From contig JBHGNT010000007.1 in assembly GCA_043228905.1 (NCBI GenBank), positions 8,680,001 to 8,744,000 of the forward strand: a stretch of 64,000 nt of DNA, read 5' to 3'. Positions 24,601 to 37,821 of the stretch are shown piece by piece. Position 1 is the first letter of the stretch, and each line of letters begins with the position of its first letter. The position numbers were made by a program, and so were the translations under genes. The notes under the pieces were generated by a model, which was given only the letters and a program-made list of their open reading frames with translations, made no database searches and was not told the origin of the DNA. The stretch comes from Azolla caroliniana (Eukaryota; Plantae; Polypodiophyta).

Positions 24601-26022
24601 AGCCACCATGCAAGAAGAACTCGGAGCTCTTGAGAAGAACAAAACTTGGGAGATTGTATCACTACCACAAAGAAAGAAGGCAGTTGGGTGCAAATGGGTG
24701 TTTACAATAAAACAGACCCAAAGGGAAAAATAGATCGATACAAGGCACGATTGGTGGCTAAAGGATATAGTCAGACATATGGCATTGACTATGATGAGAC
24801 TTTTGCACCTGTGGTGAAGATGAGCACTGTTAGAACACTTATTTCCTTAGCAATGAATAGGGATTGTAAATTACATCAATTAGATGTAAAAAATGCATTC
24901 CTTCATGGAGAGTTGATGGAGGAAGTGTACATGGATGTCCCCCCAAGTTTTGGTACAATTCAAACAATAGGTAAGGTTTGTAGACTAAGGAAGTCGCTTT
25001 ATGGACTAAAGCAATCTCCTCGAGCCTGGTTCGACAGGTTAAGAAGGGCTATGGTGGGTATGGGATACCAACAGACAAATGCATACCATACAGTGTTTTT
25101 TCAACAACATAAGGAGCATACTACATTACTTGCTGTGTATGTGGATGATATAATTATCACGGGTAACGATGAAGGGGAAATTGCCCAACTGAAGGTGCAA
25201 TTGGGTAAAGAGTTTGAGGTGAAGAATCTAGGATTGTTACGATACTTTCTTGGAATTGAGGTAGCTCATGGAGCAGGAGTTGTTCTATGTCAGCGAAAAT
25301 ATGTATTAGATCTTTTCACAGAAACTGGAATGTTGGGTTGTAGGCACATAGCTTCTCCAATCGACCAAAAGATCAAGCTAATTGAACTTGCAAGAGAGAA
25401 AGTTGATCGTGAAAGGTATCAAAGATTGGTAGGTCGGCTGATTTATTTGACTCACACCCGTCCAGATATTTCATTTGCAGTAAGTGTGGTAAGTCGCTAC
25501 ATGCATGATTCGAGGAAAGATCATATGGATGCAGTGTACCATATTCTGAGATATCTCAAAGGTGCCCTAGGGAAGGGATTAATCTTTGGAAAACATGGTC
25601 ATTTTAACATTGAGGTCTATTGTGATTTTGATTGGGCCAGTTGTGCTGATGACAGGAAATCCACATCAAGATATTGCATGTTTGTTGGAGGCAATCTGGT
25701 CTCTTGGAAGAGTAAGAAACAGTTAGCAGTAGCAAGGTCAACAGCCAAAGCAAAGTATAGAGCTATTGCTATAGGAGTTGCAGAGATGTTATGGCTGAGA
25801 ACTCTCCTAGTAGAAATAAAGGTGAATCAAGAAAATTAGATGATGTTGTGTGACAATAAGTCAGCAATGAGCATTGCCAACAATCTAGTACAACACGATA
25901 GCAACAAGCAAATCGAAATCGACAGATTCTTTATCAAGGAAAAGCTTGATAATGGAATATTAAAATTGAGTCATGTTTCTATTGAATATCAAGTAGGGAC
26001 TTGTGCCAGTAAGTCTTACTAG
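21606..26022 (+). pseudogene. Copia gag-pol with stops and frameshifts
   Basis: gag KIDGPATYLSWSRR, CYNCGEAGHLKNAC; protease WIIDYGASRHVT; integrase HSDVW, RSDNGTEY; RT KARLVAKG, YVDD; RNase H SWKSKKQ. Confidence 0.92.
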
Positions 26023-26281
26023 ATTGTGTGACAAGATGGGCTTCGTGGATATTTTTCGCCCATCTTTAGGGGGAGTGTTGAGAATGTTTAAAAGTTATAA
26101 CAGCTAGCCCAACGACTAATTATTTCGAACAGCTAGTTAGCCCAACAGCCATATCTTGGCCTTTATAAAGAGGAACTTTCTCCTCATGTAACGATAAGCG
26201 ATCTCTGTATTTTTCTCCCTCTAGTTGTGACATACCAATGTATTTTACTGAACAGATGTGCCTTCTCATTTTTCTTTAGGG

Positions 26282-26377
26282 ATCCAGTTGCCACAATCAA
26301 CATAATCTTCAATGGAAACATCATTCAAACTGTTATAGCATTGGATCAAACATCTTAACAGATTTCAATTTACTTCA
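26282..26377 (+). repeat. Right copy of 96-bp direct repeat flanking Copia B
   Basis: Copy of 21004-21099. Confidence 0.92.
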
Positions 26378-26732
26378 TCTTCACATTGCTACTACAGAGT
26401 ACATAAATCTGATTCCACACTTTCTTGATTCTTCAATCATATCTCATCCATTCATTAGAAGGAAGTTCTACTTGAAATCAACTATCACGGTTGACAACAA
26501 TCATGAAATTTTCTGCATGAGGTTTATACAAGAAAACATTACAGTTTTCTATCTTATTCATAGGAAAGGTTGACATGTTGACAAATTCCCATGCTAGAAC
26601 CACCTCCGATCTCCAATGAGCCCATATCGCTAAACTCTCCATAAAGAGAATTCTGTTGTGAAGATGGTAGTTTGAACACTGAAAAAACTATTCTCAGATA
26701 AAAAATCTCAACCAATTCCAAAACAATCGGAG

Positions 26733-26828
26733 TACCAAAAAACAGCTTTTCTTAGAAATTATGACAAAACATAGACATATACCAAAAAACAGCTTTTCTT
26801 AGAAATTATGACAAAACGTAGACATATA
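26733..26828. repeat. 47-bp tandem duplication downstream of the PTH stop
   Basis: taccaaaaaacagcttttcttagaaattatgacaaaac at 26733 and 26780. Confidence 0.85.
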
Positions 26829-26960
26829 GAACTATGCCATAAAACACCAGTAAGTTATAACCTGGACAAAAAGAAAGATTCTCAATTATATTAACATACA
26901 GTAGGTTATTAAAAGATTCACAGTATTGACCGTTGGACTCAAGCTAAATATACAGGTCTT

Positions 26961-27065
26961 TCACACAGAAAGTTTAGGTCTCGACATTTTATCAATAGCA
27001 TTTTCAACACCCATTGTAGCAACTTGCCGAAGGACTTCAATCCCTTTGACAATAGTTTTGCTCAT
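26961..27065 (-). CDS. PTH: Peptidyl-tRNA hydrolase/CRS2-family gene, exon 8 (stop TGA)
   Basis: Acceptor TGCAG; MSKTIVKGIEVLRQVATMG...KLSV*; total CDS 738 nt. Confidence 0.85.
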   Translation of the reverse strand: MSKTIVKGIEVLRQVATMGVENAIDKMSRPKLSV

Positions 27066-27155
27066 CTGCATTTCAAAGTATCAAAAAAAAAAAAGTCACT
27101 AGTAAAAGCGACCAAAAATATTTATGAGTATCACCATCAGGTTAAAGTTAAATAC

Positions 27156-27232
27156 CATTTCAATTTCCTCCTTGCAAAATTTTTGTAAAACATAAGCTTT
27201 TGGGTCCATTTTGACAGGTGGTGACCCTATGC
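27156..27232 (-). CDS. PTH: PTH exon 7
   Basis: GIGSPPVKMDPKAYVLQKFCKEEIEM; AG/GT boundaries, phase consistent. Confidence 0.92.
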
Positions 27233-29153
27233 CTGTAGGTGGGTAGCATCATATTAGAGTTAATTTGATGCCATGGTTTCTCTTCTGGGTAAACCACAAA
27301 TAATTTTGAGATAACAATTTGCCACGAAACTGTAAGAAGTTTTGTTCATTAATGAGAGGTTTATTAGACTAATTTTGATTATTAACTAGAATATTTGTAC
27401 GAAGTATCAACACATCAATTGCTACCTAAATCAATATTAAATTAGCTTATGAAAAAAGAACAATGATTTGGTGATTTGAAATTTTGGATGCTTTTTTGGT
27501 AAATTCCCAAACTTTCTATGGGATATAGGTAATTTATTTAACCATCCAGTTAAATTTTAAATGGAGTATTATTAAATACCCTAATTTCTCACTACCCTAT
27601 CTCAAATAACCCTCATTTTTCATAATTCCCAGTTGGTGTTGATAGTAATGGAGTATTTCAGGTTGCCAGTATCGTCGCTCTCAGGTAAGTCCTGATCCTC
27701 TGCCTTCTAATGCAGATTCAGCTAGTTATCAGTCTGTTTGGCAGATGAATCTTGTGTGCTGGTCCTCTATGCATTTATCACTAGACCAAGTCTTACACAC
27801 TACAGCTCAGTAGCCTAACTCCTGCGGATCATTACATAGCAGCAGTACTTCGTTTATTACAGAAAGGTAGTACTAGAAAGTTAGAATTATATTCAATTTG
27901 GATCAGATCAAAATTATTCTGAGACACTTGGGCTCAAGTGGCCTGGCATACAATCATTCTTGCCAAGTCAAAGGGTAGCTTTGGTATTTTGGATCAAATC
28001 TCAAGCCCCTTCATCCTAAAGATGTATTACTATCAAGACCAGTTTCTGACACTTCAAGCAGATGAGCCATTCTGCGATCCATCTCCATAGTGACCAATCT
28101 ATGCCCTACAATGCTCCATGTAGAGTGGGGCAGCTCAGATTATCATCATGGGGGATGGGGTGTGTATAGAAATTGAGACAGATTTTAAGATATCAGAATT
28201 CCCATAACAGAAAGAAAGAAGAAAGAAAGATATATTAACGTCTTTTAAGAGGCAAAAATTGCCTATAAGCCCAAACAAAAGATTAAATCTTAAGTGTTGC
28301 CTCATCTTTGAGAACAACAAATCAAAATAAAATAAATATTACTCAGTAAATATAAAAGTAAACAAGATAAAAAGAGACTAAAGAATCTGGTTTTCGGCAC
28401 ATGTGAGAGGATCTGTTGGATTGCAATGACAGGTGTAAGGTGAGGAGCATTTCGTTTATGGATGCACATATATGCAGACATTAGATACAAGGATGTATTC
28501 TTTTCTTTGGAGAGCCTAAACTTCGCCAGATCATGGGAGCGATCAGAGGCTCAGTTTGGTCATCTCTTGCTCACGATAGAGAGGCATCAATATATACCAA
28601 GTGGGGAGACGACAGCCATGTCTAATAGTTTTGTTTTAAAGATGGACACATGTGAAAGGGGGGGGGAGTCACTCTAGAACAGGTAACAGCAGACAACCAC
28701 AAGCATCTAGACAGATGGCCCCAAGAACCCATTGTAAGTAGATTGAGAAGATAATACCCAAAAACATTACACCTAATGCTGATGGGAGGAGAGCCCATAT
28801 GAACTGCACACCCTGTGGAGACACTCATGCAAACCACAAACCACCTTTGCACCATACCTCACCCATGTGCAATTTTGCTACAATTTTTAGAGAGATACAT
28901 ATACCAGAGAGATGGTAAGAGTATTTTTGAGAAATTCGAAGGCTACGGAGTATTCTGGGAGTTTTTTAAATACAAATGGAAATTTTGAGAAAATAGTGAT
29001 ATTTTGCTTAATTCCCAATTTTAAATTTAGAATTTACAATGGAGGTTTATTTCATCTCTGAAGATGCACTGTCACAGTTTAAAAACATCTAAGTAAATGC
29101 TTCTGCTTTTCACAAGTATTGCATCACATGAAAAGAAATGTTAAGGAGCAAAC

Positions 29154-29212
29154 CAATGCGCATGCGTGGAAAGTTACGATTCCCGTTGAGATGAGCAATC
29201 AAGTTTATTAAC
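29154..29212 (-). CDS. PTH: PTH exon 6
   Basis: LINLIAHLNGNRNFPRMRI; AG/GT boundaries. Confidence 0.92.
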
Positions 29213-29359
29213 CTGTTGAAATTGGTATTCAGTACCAAAACATGGCCAATGCATACAACGAGAAATTATATTAATCTCTTTAGAAAATACTATGTGAACT
29301 TGTTATCAATGATGGAAAATCATATACTAGGTATGAAAGATCTGTATGAAGCAATTCAC

Positions 29360-29433
29360 CCTTTATGGTTTCCATGTCCACCATGTGGCAGCAACCATAG
29401 CTTTGCAAGTCTGGTTTCCATATCGTCAAACAT
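29360..29433 (-). CDS. PTH: PTH exon 5
   Basis: MFDDMETRLAKLWLLPHGGHGNHKG; AG/GT boundaries. Confidence 0.92.
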
Positions 29434-29896
29434 CTGAAATGTAACTAAAACTATTGATGGAATAATTGTACGAACACAAGTAAACTTATAATGAGAAATA
29501 GGCAAGTCCATTGAATCTTATAGTATATCTACAAAACAGCCACCTATACAATTTTAAGTTATGTCAAAAACAAGTGCACTGTTTCTAGCTATATGAGTCA
29601 AAAATCCCCTTGCCATGCCTCTAATGCAAGGCCACTCATCTTTACAAGAACAAAGAAACCATGATTTTTACAAAAACCAAAAATGTAGTCAATAACACCA
29701 CAAATGGGCCTTGCCATGCCTTTAATATAAGGTACCCATCTCAACAAGAACAAAGAAACCATGGTTTTTACAGAAGCCAAACAATAGCCAACACCACCAC
29801 AAATCAAAAACTAAAGTCAAAGACAATTACAAAATTAATCATTTGAACTGCAATAACTATAGAAAAGCAAATCTCATGTTGTTATACAGATAATAC

Positions 29897-29947
29897 CACG
29901 ACTATACGTTCAGAGGGCAGACCATAATGCTCCATAAGTGGTGCAAC
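29897..29947 (-). CDS. PTH: PTH exon 4
   Basis: VAPLMEHYGLPSERIVV; TGCAG acceptor, GT donor, 51 nt. Confidence 0.88.
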
Positions 29948-30499
29948 CTGCAATCACAAACAAACTTCCTATGAAATGAAGACCCTGAGCTAATAATAGT
30001 GTTTTAATGCTTAGCCGTTATTATGAATCAGCATTGTATTTCAAGACAATCACTGTCAAATCAAATTAAGTACTTAATCTTGAAATATAACAAATTGATA
30101 CCAGAAAAATCTATTTGTAGCACACGTAATATGCAAATTACAAATACTACTTTATATAAGTTTATTTATGCTAATAAACAGATATTTTCAACAGATTGTA
30201 GCCTGCAAAGTCGATATTGACTTGAACAATCGAACACTGCACAGTTCCTGAAAACCCTACCATATTCTATGACTAAATAATTGAAAATATACATAACAAA
30301 AAATATATTTGCCAGCTGATTAGGCATATAATAAAAGAACATAACTTAAGATTATAATGCACACTGATGCTACTCGAGTAATCCACATGCATACCCTGAT
30401 GCGTTAGGTGAAAATTAGCACTTTAGGTATAGAGATACAGCCGTAGTGACCTAGAATCTTATCAAGCAAAATGTGCCCCTTGTTGATAATGCTAACCCA

Positions 30500-30720
30500 A
30501 GGCTCAAGTTCTCCTCTATCAAATTGGTGGCGCTTCCATTCCCAACTAGGACAAGAATCAACCACGAAATGCCACATATCCCCATTTGCGATAATAGTCT
30601 TGGAGGACCCATGTAAGGGAAGCAGGTTCTACACGTAGAGATTGCGATGCGGCTGAACAAAGGCACAAAATGAGCCAGCTTCGTAAGCCAGTCAATCACA
30701 CAGAGTATCATCTGTTGAGT
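30500..30720 (-). mobile_element. Decayed Gypsy integrase fragment in PTH intron 3
   Basis: VIDWLTKLAHFVPL resembles the VVDRLTKxAHFIP integrase motif. Confidence 0.55.
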
Positions 30721-31151
30721 AATCTGAAGGACCACAATGAAGTTCATGGAAACATTTTACCACCAAAAAATCAAGAATGAGCAAATGCAGCAATTATCTA
30801 GGATACTTAGCTCTCTTAGTTCAAGCTCTGAAAAGCAAATCACAGCAATAATAACAAATTACATCCTGTTTCATATATGACCACATGTAGACCATGTACA
30901 TTAACTCTGAAGTTTGCATGATTCCCAGGTGTCGTGTAAGGACTATCATGACAGTCTCAGTGCAGGAGGTTCTTGATCGTGGAATACTCCATTCCAAATA
31001 TGTTTATATTAATGTTTATCCCCGTGTAACCACTTTTCCATCGATGATAGCATGGTGATTTCTATATTTATATAGAGTTTACTTGTGCACATGTTTGTAT
31101 GCAAGGGGTAGGAATGAAGATATTATTACATTCTTAAAGACAAAAAAGAGA

Positions 31152-31196
<45 letters not shown>
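31152..31196. repeat. (GAT)15 microsatellite
   Basis: Directly visible. Confidence 0.95.
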
Positions 31197-31197
<1 letters not shown>

Positions 31198-32029
31198 GGA
31201 TGGAGAGATTGTGTTAGGTGAAAGTCCTAGGTGCCACCTATTCTCATAAAGATGGCAACCTACTGCAACCTATAAAGGGCATATCACCGACAATCATACT
31301 CAGGTTTGACCTCTTGTGTGTTAGGGAATAATCAATAGGACTTTGACTCATGTGATGAAAGGGATCAAAGCCTTTCATCTGGGTACTGAGATCCACTCAG
31401 ATATACAGGTGAAGGAAATAATAACAAGAATACAACCACCTGAATAGAAAAGCAGGAAAGGTTATTGTGTTTTACAAGCATTATTCCCTGTGAAATTCCT
31501 AATCAAGTTGTGTTACCCAGTATGTTTGTCATTCCTATCACTGCTTATTCAGGTGGTTATACTCATGTTATCATTTGTTGATGACATGGCACCATACCTA
31601 AAGGATGAATTATCCTCAAACAAGGTTGAAATAGTAATTATAAAAGTTCATTTACAAAAACGAAAAGAGGTCATCAAAACATGCATCTCTATAGTTAAAG
31701 ACAATGTAAATAAGGAAATCTATCATGGATCAAGATGGCCAAAGATGCCAAAGCTCAAGCTGAGCATGCTCAAAAAGAAATTAACGCAAATGCTCCTTGT
31801 ATAAAGGTGGTGAAAAAGCAAAAAGGAACAGCGGTAGATAAATGCACCTACGCATATTTTATTCCCTTTCATAAATGCACATGTTACAAAACCCACCATC
31901 TTTTTTGTATTCGAAGGCTTTGTCTCACTAAGAAATATAATTCTTGTTTAATCTATTTTTAAGTTGCAGCTAACCTCTTTGGCACCTTAAAATTATTCAT
32001 AACAGTTTTCTCACATGTATTCTACAGAA

Positions 32030-32830
32030 CAATCTCCATGATAGAGTGTGTGTTGCGCATAAGGATGTCGATGCATTTTATAGCTGGATCCATCTCTTAT
32101 ACCAGAAATAATAGAGTTCTCTAACTCTAGTAGACTTAGTGGTTTGGCAGCAGATCACACATACCAACACTTTGAGGTGAAGGAAGGATGCAGAAAGGAT
32201 GTATATTCTCAGAATGAAGTGGACTGGCTAAATACCAATTTACTCTGGAGATTATTCATGTGTATAGTTGTGAAATATACAGTGGCATGCGAGATTTGGA
32301 TCCTTTTGCACCCCTAGAGGATGTCACACAAGGATTTTCAAAGCCATTGCATAGAGCTGCCACAAATGCCTTTCCCCACACAACAGGTAATGCACCCAAA
32401 CCTGGACAAGTTATACAAAATAGATGGTATGATGAAGAATGTTATAATACAAGGAGAAAGCTTGCAACATGAAGTAACTTGGGGAATTCGTACACACAAA
32501 CAAGAAAGAGGAACCTTCGAACACCTTGTGAGGAAGAAGAGAAGAGCATATGTGGCTAAATTTGAAGCACATGTGTATTGTTTGTTCCTAGGGAAAGAAA
32601 GTAAAAGAGCATGGAAAATGTTTAATGTGGCAAGTTACCACACAGTTGACATCACCTCAAGTGTGGCATAAATATGCAAAAGTACTATATGATATCCCCC
32701 GTCAGCCCCACCTAAACACAACCAAAGCAGAAAAGAATAGAGTGATCTGAACTGATATTATTGGATTAGATAACAGAAGAACATGGAACAGCGCCACAAC
32801 ATCTCTTGGTAAGAAGATGGGCCACAATTA
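32030..32830 (+). mobile_element. Possible decayed non-LTR retrotransposon (LINE ORF2 linker region)
   Basis: NRWYDEECYNTRRKL, LVRKKRRAY and AWKMF resemble the EN-RT linker of LINE ORF2; fragmented. Confidence 0.4.
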
Positions 32831-32834
32831 GACA

Positions 32835-33017
32835 CATTTTACATGCATCAGAGGATGGATTCACCATCATACTCTCTTATATGAACGTACATCTATCGCA
32901 TTTGCTGTGCAGTGGGATAGTTCAGCATTTTACATGCATCAGAGGATGAATTCACCATCATACTCTCTTATATGAACGCACATCTATCGCATTTGCTGTG
33001 CAGTAGGATAGTTCAGC
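32835..33017. repeat. 91-bp tandem duplication
   Basis: cattttacatgcatcagagg...gatagttcag at 32835 and 32926. Confidence 0.9.
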
Positions 33018-33174
33018 AGCAGACCTCTTCACATCAGTTAGAGATGGATATAGGCAGATATGCACGCACACCTCTAGAAGAAAGACTTTGGGGTGGACTT
33101 TGAAGAACACTATGTTTGTCATTGTACAGTCTTTTATAAACAAGGGAGATGCCATTGCCTCTTTAACCCGACAC

Positions 33175-33203
33175 CGTGGGTTCGTTTCCCACAGACGGCG
33201 CCA
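33175..33203 (+). other. 3' segment of a tRNA-Lys(UUU)-like sequence including CCA; not a tRNA gene
   Basis: cgtgggttcgtttcccacagacggcgcca: T arm, acceptor 3' strand and CCA, with T at tRNA position 58 (33185). Confidence 0.7.
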
Positions 33204-36200
33204 ACCTCCCACTTAAAGGTCCGATGTGAACATTCAAGTAACTCCCACTAACTGTATGCAATGCTCATGTTGAGCTTTGCCAAGACTTTTGGTGAGAATA
33301 TCTGCAGGATTATCCTGTGTTTTGATCTTGGTCAATGTGACTAGACCATCCTCCAAAACTTGTTTGATAAAGTGATGTCGCACATCAATTTGTTTAGTGC
33401 GCGAATGAAACATGGCATTCTTAGCCAGATACACAGCACTCTGGCTATCACATCCTAACACAGGAGTACTAACAGACATGCCAAGATCTTCAGCAAGTCT
33501 GCTGAGCCATATAGCTTCCTTTGAAGCTTCTGTAGCTGAAATATATTCAGCTTCAGTAGTACTCAATGCTACAATCTTTTGCAATTTGGAGCACCAAGAC
33601 ACTGCTCCACCAGCAACCATAAATATATACCTGCTAGTAGACTTACGTGTATCCAAGACACCTGCCATGTCTGCATCACAATATCCCTGCAAACTTAATG
33701 CACCCTTCCCATAGCATAAACATTTTCTCTATGTACCTTTAGGATACCTGAAAACACACTTTACAGCCTCCCAATGTGCTTTGCCGGGATTAGACATATA
33801 GTGAATGACAACTCCCACTGCATAAGCAATATCTGGACGAGTAGCTACCATGGCATACATTAGAGAACCACATGATGATGCATAAGGAATTCCCTTCATA
33901 GCATTGATTTCCATCTCATCCTTTGGACAATCAGCCTTGCTAAGTTTAAGCTATGGCAGTAAAGGAACTCCAAGAGACTTTGCTTCTGCCATATTAAACA
34001 TGTTAAGCACTTTTTCAATGTACTTTTCTTGTGACCAATACAACAAATTGTCCTTTCTGTTTCTACTAATTCTCATGCCCAAAATATGCTCTGCATTTCC
34101 CAAATCTTTCATAGAGAAGACCGATTTCAATTGATCTTTTAGAGCATCAAGACTAGTCTTTCTTTTCCCAGCTAGCAACATATCATCCACATATAGAACA
34201 AGTATGATGGGACTATCATCGATATCCTTTTTCGTGTATAAACAATTATCTGCATAGCTACGATCAAAGCCTTGAGAAAGCATAAAAGTATCAAACTTCT
34301 TATACCATTGTCGTGGTGCTTGTTTAAGGCCATACAAGCTACGTTTTAGTTTGCATACCAAATGCTCCTTGTTAGGGACTACAAAACCCTCAAGTTGTTT
34401 CATGTAGATCTCTTCGTCAATATCACCATGCAAAAAAGCGGTCTTTACATCCATTTGGTACAACTCCAAATTAAGCATTGCAGTGAGAGCAAATAGCACA
34501 CGGAGTGTGGTCATCTTCACAACAGGAGAGAAGACCTCTTGGAAGTCAATACCTTCCTTCTGTGCATAACCCTTGGCAACTAATCTTGCCTTGTATTTTG
34601 GTTTCCCTTCAATTTCCTTTACCTTATAAACCCACTTATTTGGAAGAGTTTTCCTTCCTTCAGGTAAGGACACAAGATCCCAAGTATCATTTGCATACAA
34701 AGATTTTATTTCTTCTTGCATTGCAAGCTCCCATTTACTGGTCATATCTATATACCTGCCTCCTTGAACGATTAGACCTATGTACCCAATGATCAGTATT
34801 TTCTGGGATTGGTTCTAAATCTGGAGGAAAATTAGTTTCAGCACTTTCTGGCTGTTGCAAACCATGTCCAACATGTTGTTCGACATCTATATTTTGTTCT
34901 TCAGTACCTTCATTTCGTTGACCAATACCTTCATGGGCATCTCTTTGCTGTCCAACTTCTTCTGGCTCAAAGATAACCGGTCGATCATCATATTCAACCT
35001 TTGGTATAGCATCATGAGGTTTATTTTCAGATTTTGTGGGTGTCTGTAATTGCTGAAATGTAACGCTCTTAGAGTTCCCAACAGAGGAACACGCATTTTT
35101 CAGCAATTTTTCTTCATTAAAAACAACATCCCGGCTGCGTACAATTTTTCTGGACTGAGGTAACCAAATCCTATGGCCCATTTCACCTTCATCACCATAG
35201 CCCATAAAAATGCCCATGGTGGACTTAGCATCGAGCTTATTTCTCAGCTCACTTCTAATGTGTACAAATGCATCACAACCGAAAATTCGTAAATGGTCAT
35301 ATGAGGCTGGTTTGCCAGACCAAACCTCCTCAGGGATTCCATTCTTTAAGGACTTGTTGGGAGAACGATTACATATATGAACCGCGGTTTTTAATGCTTC
35401 TCCCCAAAATTCATGAGGGAGATTAGCTGTGGACAGCATGCACCGTACTCGCTCACACAAGGTCCTATTATATCTTTCTGCCACCCCATTGGATGAAGGG
35501 TTATAAGGAGCTGTAAGTTCTCTTTTAATACCATGTAAGTCACAATAGGACTTAAATTCTGCAAATGTAAACTCAACCCCATTATCTGTTCTGAGACATT
35601 TCAGTTTTATCCCTTTTTGGGTAGTCACAAATGCATGAAAAGATTTAAATGCATTAAATGCATCACCTTTCTTTTTCATCAAGTACACCCAAATCTTCCT
35701 AGAATAATCATCGATAAAGGAAATAAAATATGCAGCACCGCCCAAGGATTTTACAAGCATGCTACATACATCAGAATGCACCAAATCTAGCACATTTGGT
35801 TTACAAGAGATACCAGAATAATAAGAATTTCTCATTTGTTTGCCAAATAGACAATCATTACAAAAAATCAGCTTTGATCCTTTAACATCAAATCTTTTCA
35901 GAGCAGAAAGGACTTCAAGTCCTTTTTGGCTCATATGTCCTAATCTCTTATGCCAAAGCTCTAAACAAGAGTCAAATTCAGCAATAGCAAGAAACCTTCT
36001 AGGTAAAGCTTTACATTGCAAACAGTACAAAGTGCCCTTTTTGCAACCTTTCACAATAACCATAGATCATTTCTTTAGTTTCCACAATCCACCACCGAAT
36101 AATGTGGTGTAACCATGCAAATCCATCTGTCCTACAGATAGCAAACTTTTCTTAATGCCAGGTACATACCTAACATCTTTGAGCACGAGCTCTTGACCAT

Positions 36201-37382
36201 TATCCAAAGACAAGTGTATGGTTCCAATACCATCAATATTGCAAGCACTATTGTTACCAAGATAAACTTTTCCATAACTGCCTACGTCAAATGTGGTAAA
36301 GCATTCCAAACATGGAGTAACATGAAAAGAAGCCCCAGAGTCTACTATCCATGTCTGTGTCAATCCATCATCAATTGACAATAAAGCATCAATAACATCT
36401 GTTTTGGTGATTTGCATGTCTTGAACATGAGCTATGAGGGCATCACCTGTAATACAAAGTACATCACCATCTTCACCAGATAGGTCTTCGATGATAACAT
36501 TTGAAGTCATATTAGCTTTCTCTGTTTTATTAAATTTATCATCTTTATTTTTCTTCTCTCCTACATTCTTCTTCCTTTCTAGTTCCATCTTCAAATATCT
36601 ACAATCAGGTTTCTTATGACCTTTACGGCCACACTAATAGCATGTGATATCTTGTTGCTTTCCTTTCCCTCTACTCTTACTTCTATTTCTTTGTCCCACA
36701 TTTGGGTTCCTCTTATCATATCTCCCCCTAATATTGTATGTTGAACCACTACCTTCTCCACTAGATTGTCTTCTAATCTCTTCACTGAGAATAGAGCCCC
36801 GCACACCATCGAAGGTCAAGGTGGGGCTATTAGATAGTGAAACAACTAATGTTTCCCACGAATCGGGTAAAGTCATAAGTAGGAAGATAGCTTTGAGCTT
36901 GTCATCAAAAGCTGGTAATCCTGAATCTTGTAGTTGGGAGAGAGTACATGTGAATAACAATAGATGCTCTGTTGCACCTTTCGACTCATCAAGCCTCATA
37001 CTGACAAGTTTTCTCATCAAATGCACCTGATTCAGTTGTCTTAAGTTTCTCCCAAACTTGATGGGCAGTAATTAAGCCCTTTATATCTACAAGAATTTCA
37101 TTAGAAATAGCCATTTTAATATATGTAATGGCTTTCTTATTCAGAGTGTTCCAAGCATCATTTTCCATGCTCTCAGGTTTCTTTTCCACGAGAGCATCTT
37201 CACAATCTCTCAGAAAGAGGATGCCCAGCATACGCTCTTTCCATAATTCGAAACCTTTTCCATCAAATCTCTTGATTTCAAAGAGGTTTTTCATTTCAGT
37301 TGAAGTGGAGGCCATTGCTCCCAAGATTTATGACAGATGCCTTCAAAAAATTGAGCAGAATACCAATAGGAAAGGGTCTGAC

Positions 37383-37419
<37 letters not shown>

Positions 37420-37500
37420 AACTGTGTTTTTTTTTGCTGATTCTGAATCTAAAAAACACAGCAAAAAATTGAGCAGAATATCAATAGGAAAGGGTCTGAC

Positions 37501-37535
<35 letters not shown>

Positions 37536-37821
37536 AACTGTGTTTTTTGCTGATTCTGAATCTAAAAAACACAGCAAAGCAGAGGAAAGAGATTTGGCTC
37601 TGATACCAGTTAAAGGTAAAGAGGGATGTTTGAGGGAGCAGCTATTGATTGATGACATTCAACAAACAAGACTATAGTAGAGATGAGAGTAGAGACAGAT
37701 TTTTGGGTGTACCCAACCGCCTTGATTGGTACACAAGAAAAAAAGGATATTACATTAGTTAACCCTACAAAGAAAGAGGTGTGTTCACATTACAAAAGGA
37801 GGTGTCCTGTCCAGGTGAACA
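33204..37821 (-). mobile_element. Ty1/Copia element C, decayed, 3' LTR absent, inside PTH intron 3
   Basis: PBS TGGTATCAGAGCCA 37608-37595; putative 5' LTR about 37821-37610 (outer end uncertain); PPT AAGTGGGAGG 33214-33205; leader has a about 118-bp duplication with (AT)n. Confidence 0.88.
33234..37324 (-). pseudogene. Copia gag-pol (Tnt1-like motifs) with stops and frameshifts
   Basis: RFDGKGFELWK, WIVDSGASFH, LWHKRLGH, HSDVC, RTDNG, KARLVAKG, YVDDML, STTEAEY, NPADILTK. Confidence 0.93.

Larger units (their letters stand above)
21099..26278 (+). mobile_element. Ty1/Copia LTR retrotransposon with short LTRs, decayed (element B)
   Basis: 5' LTR 21099-21292 lacks the terminal TGTTG; PBS TGGTATCAGAGC (iMet) 21293-21304; PPT AGGGGGAG 26068-26075; 3' LTR 26076-26278. 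Confidence 0.93.

Noticed and set aside
33161-33203. Functional tRNA-Lys gene
   Set aside because: The 5' half and A box are missing, CCA is encoded, and position 58 is T.
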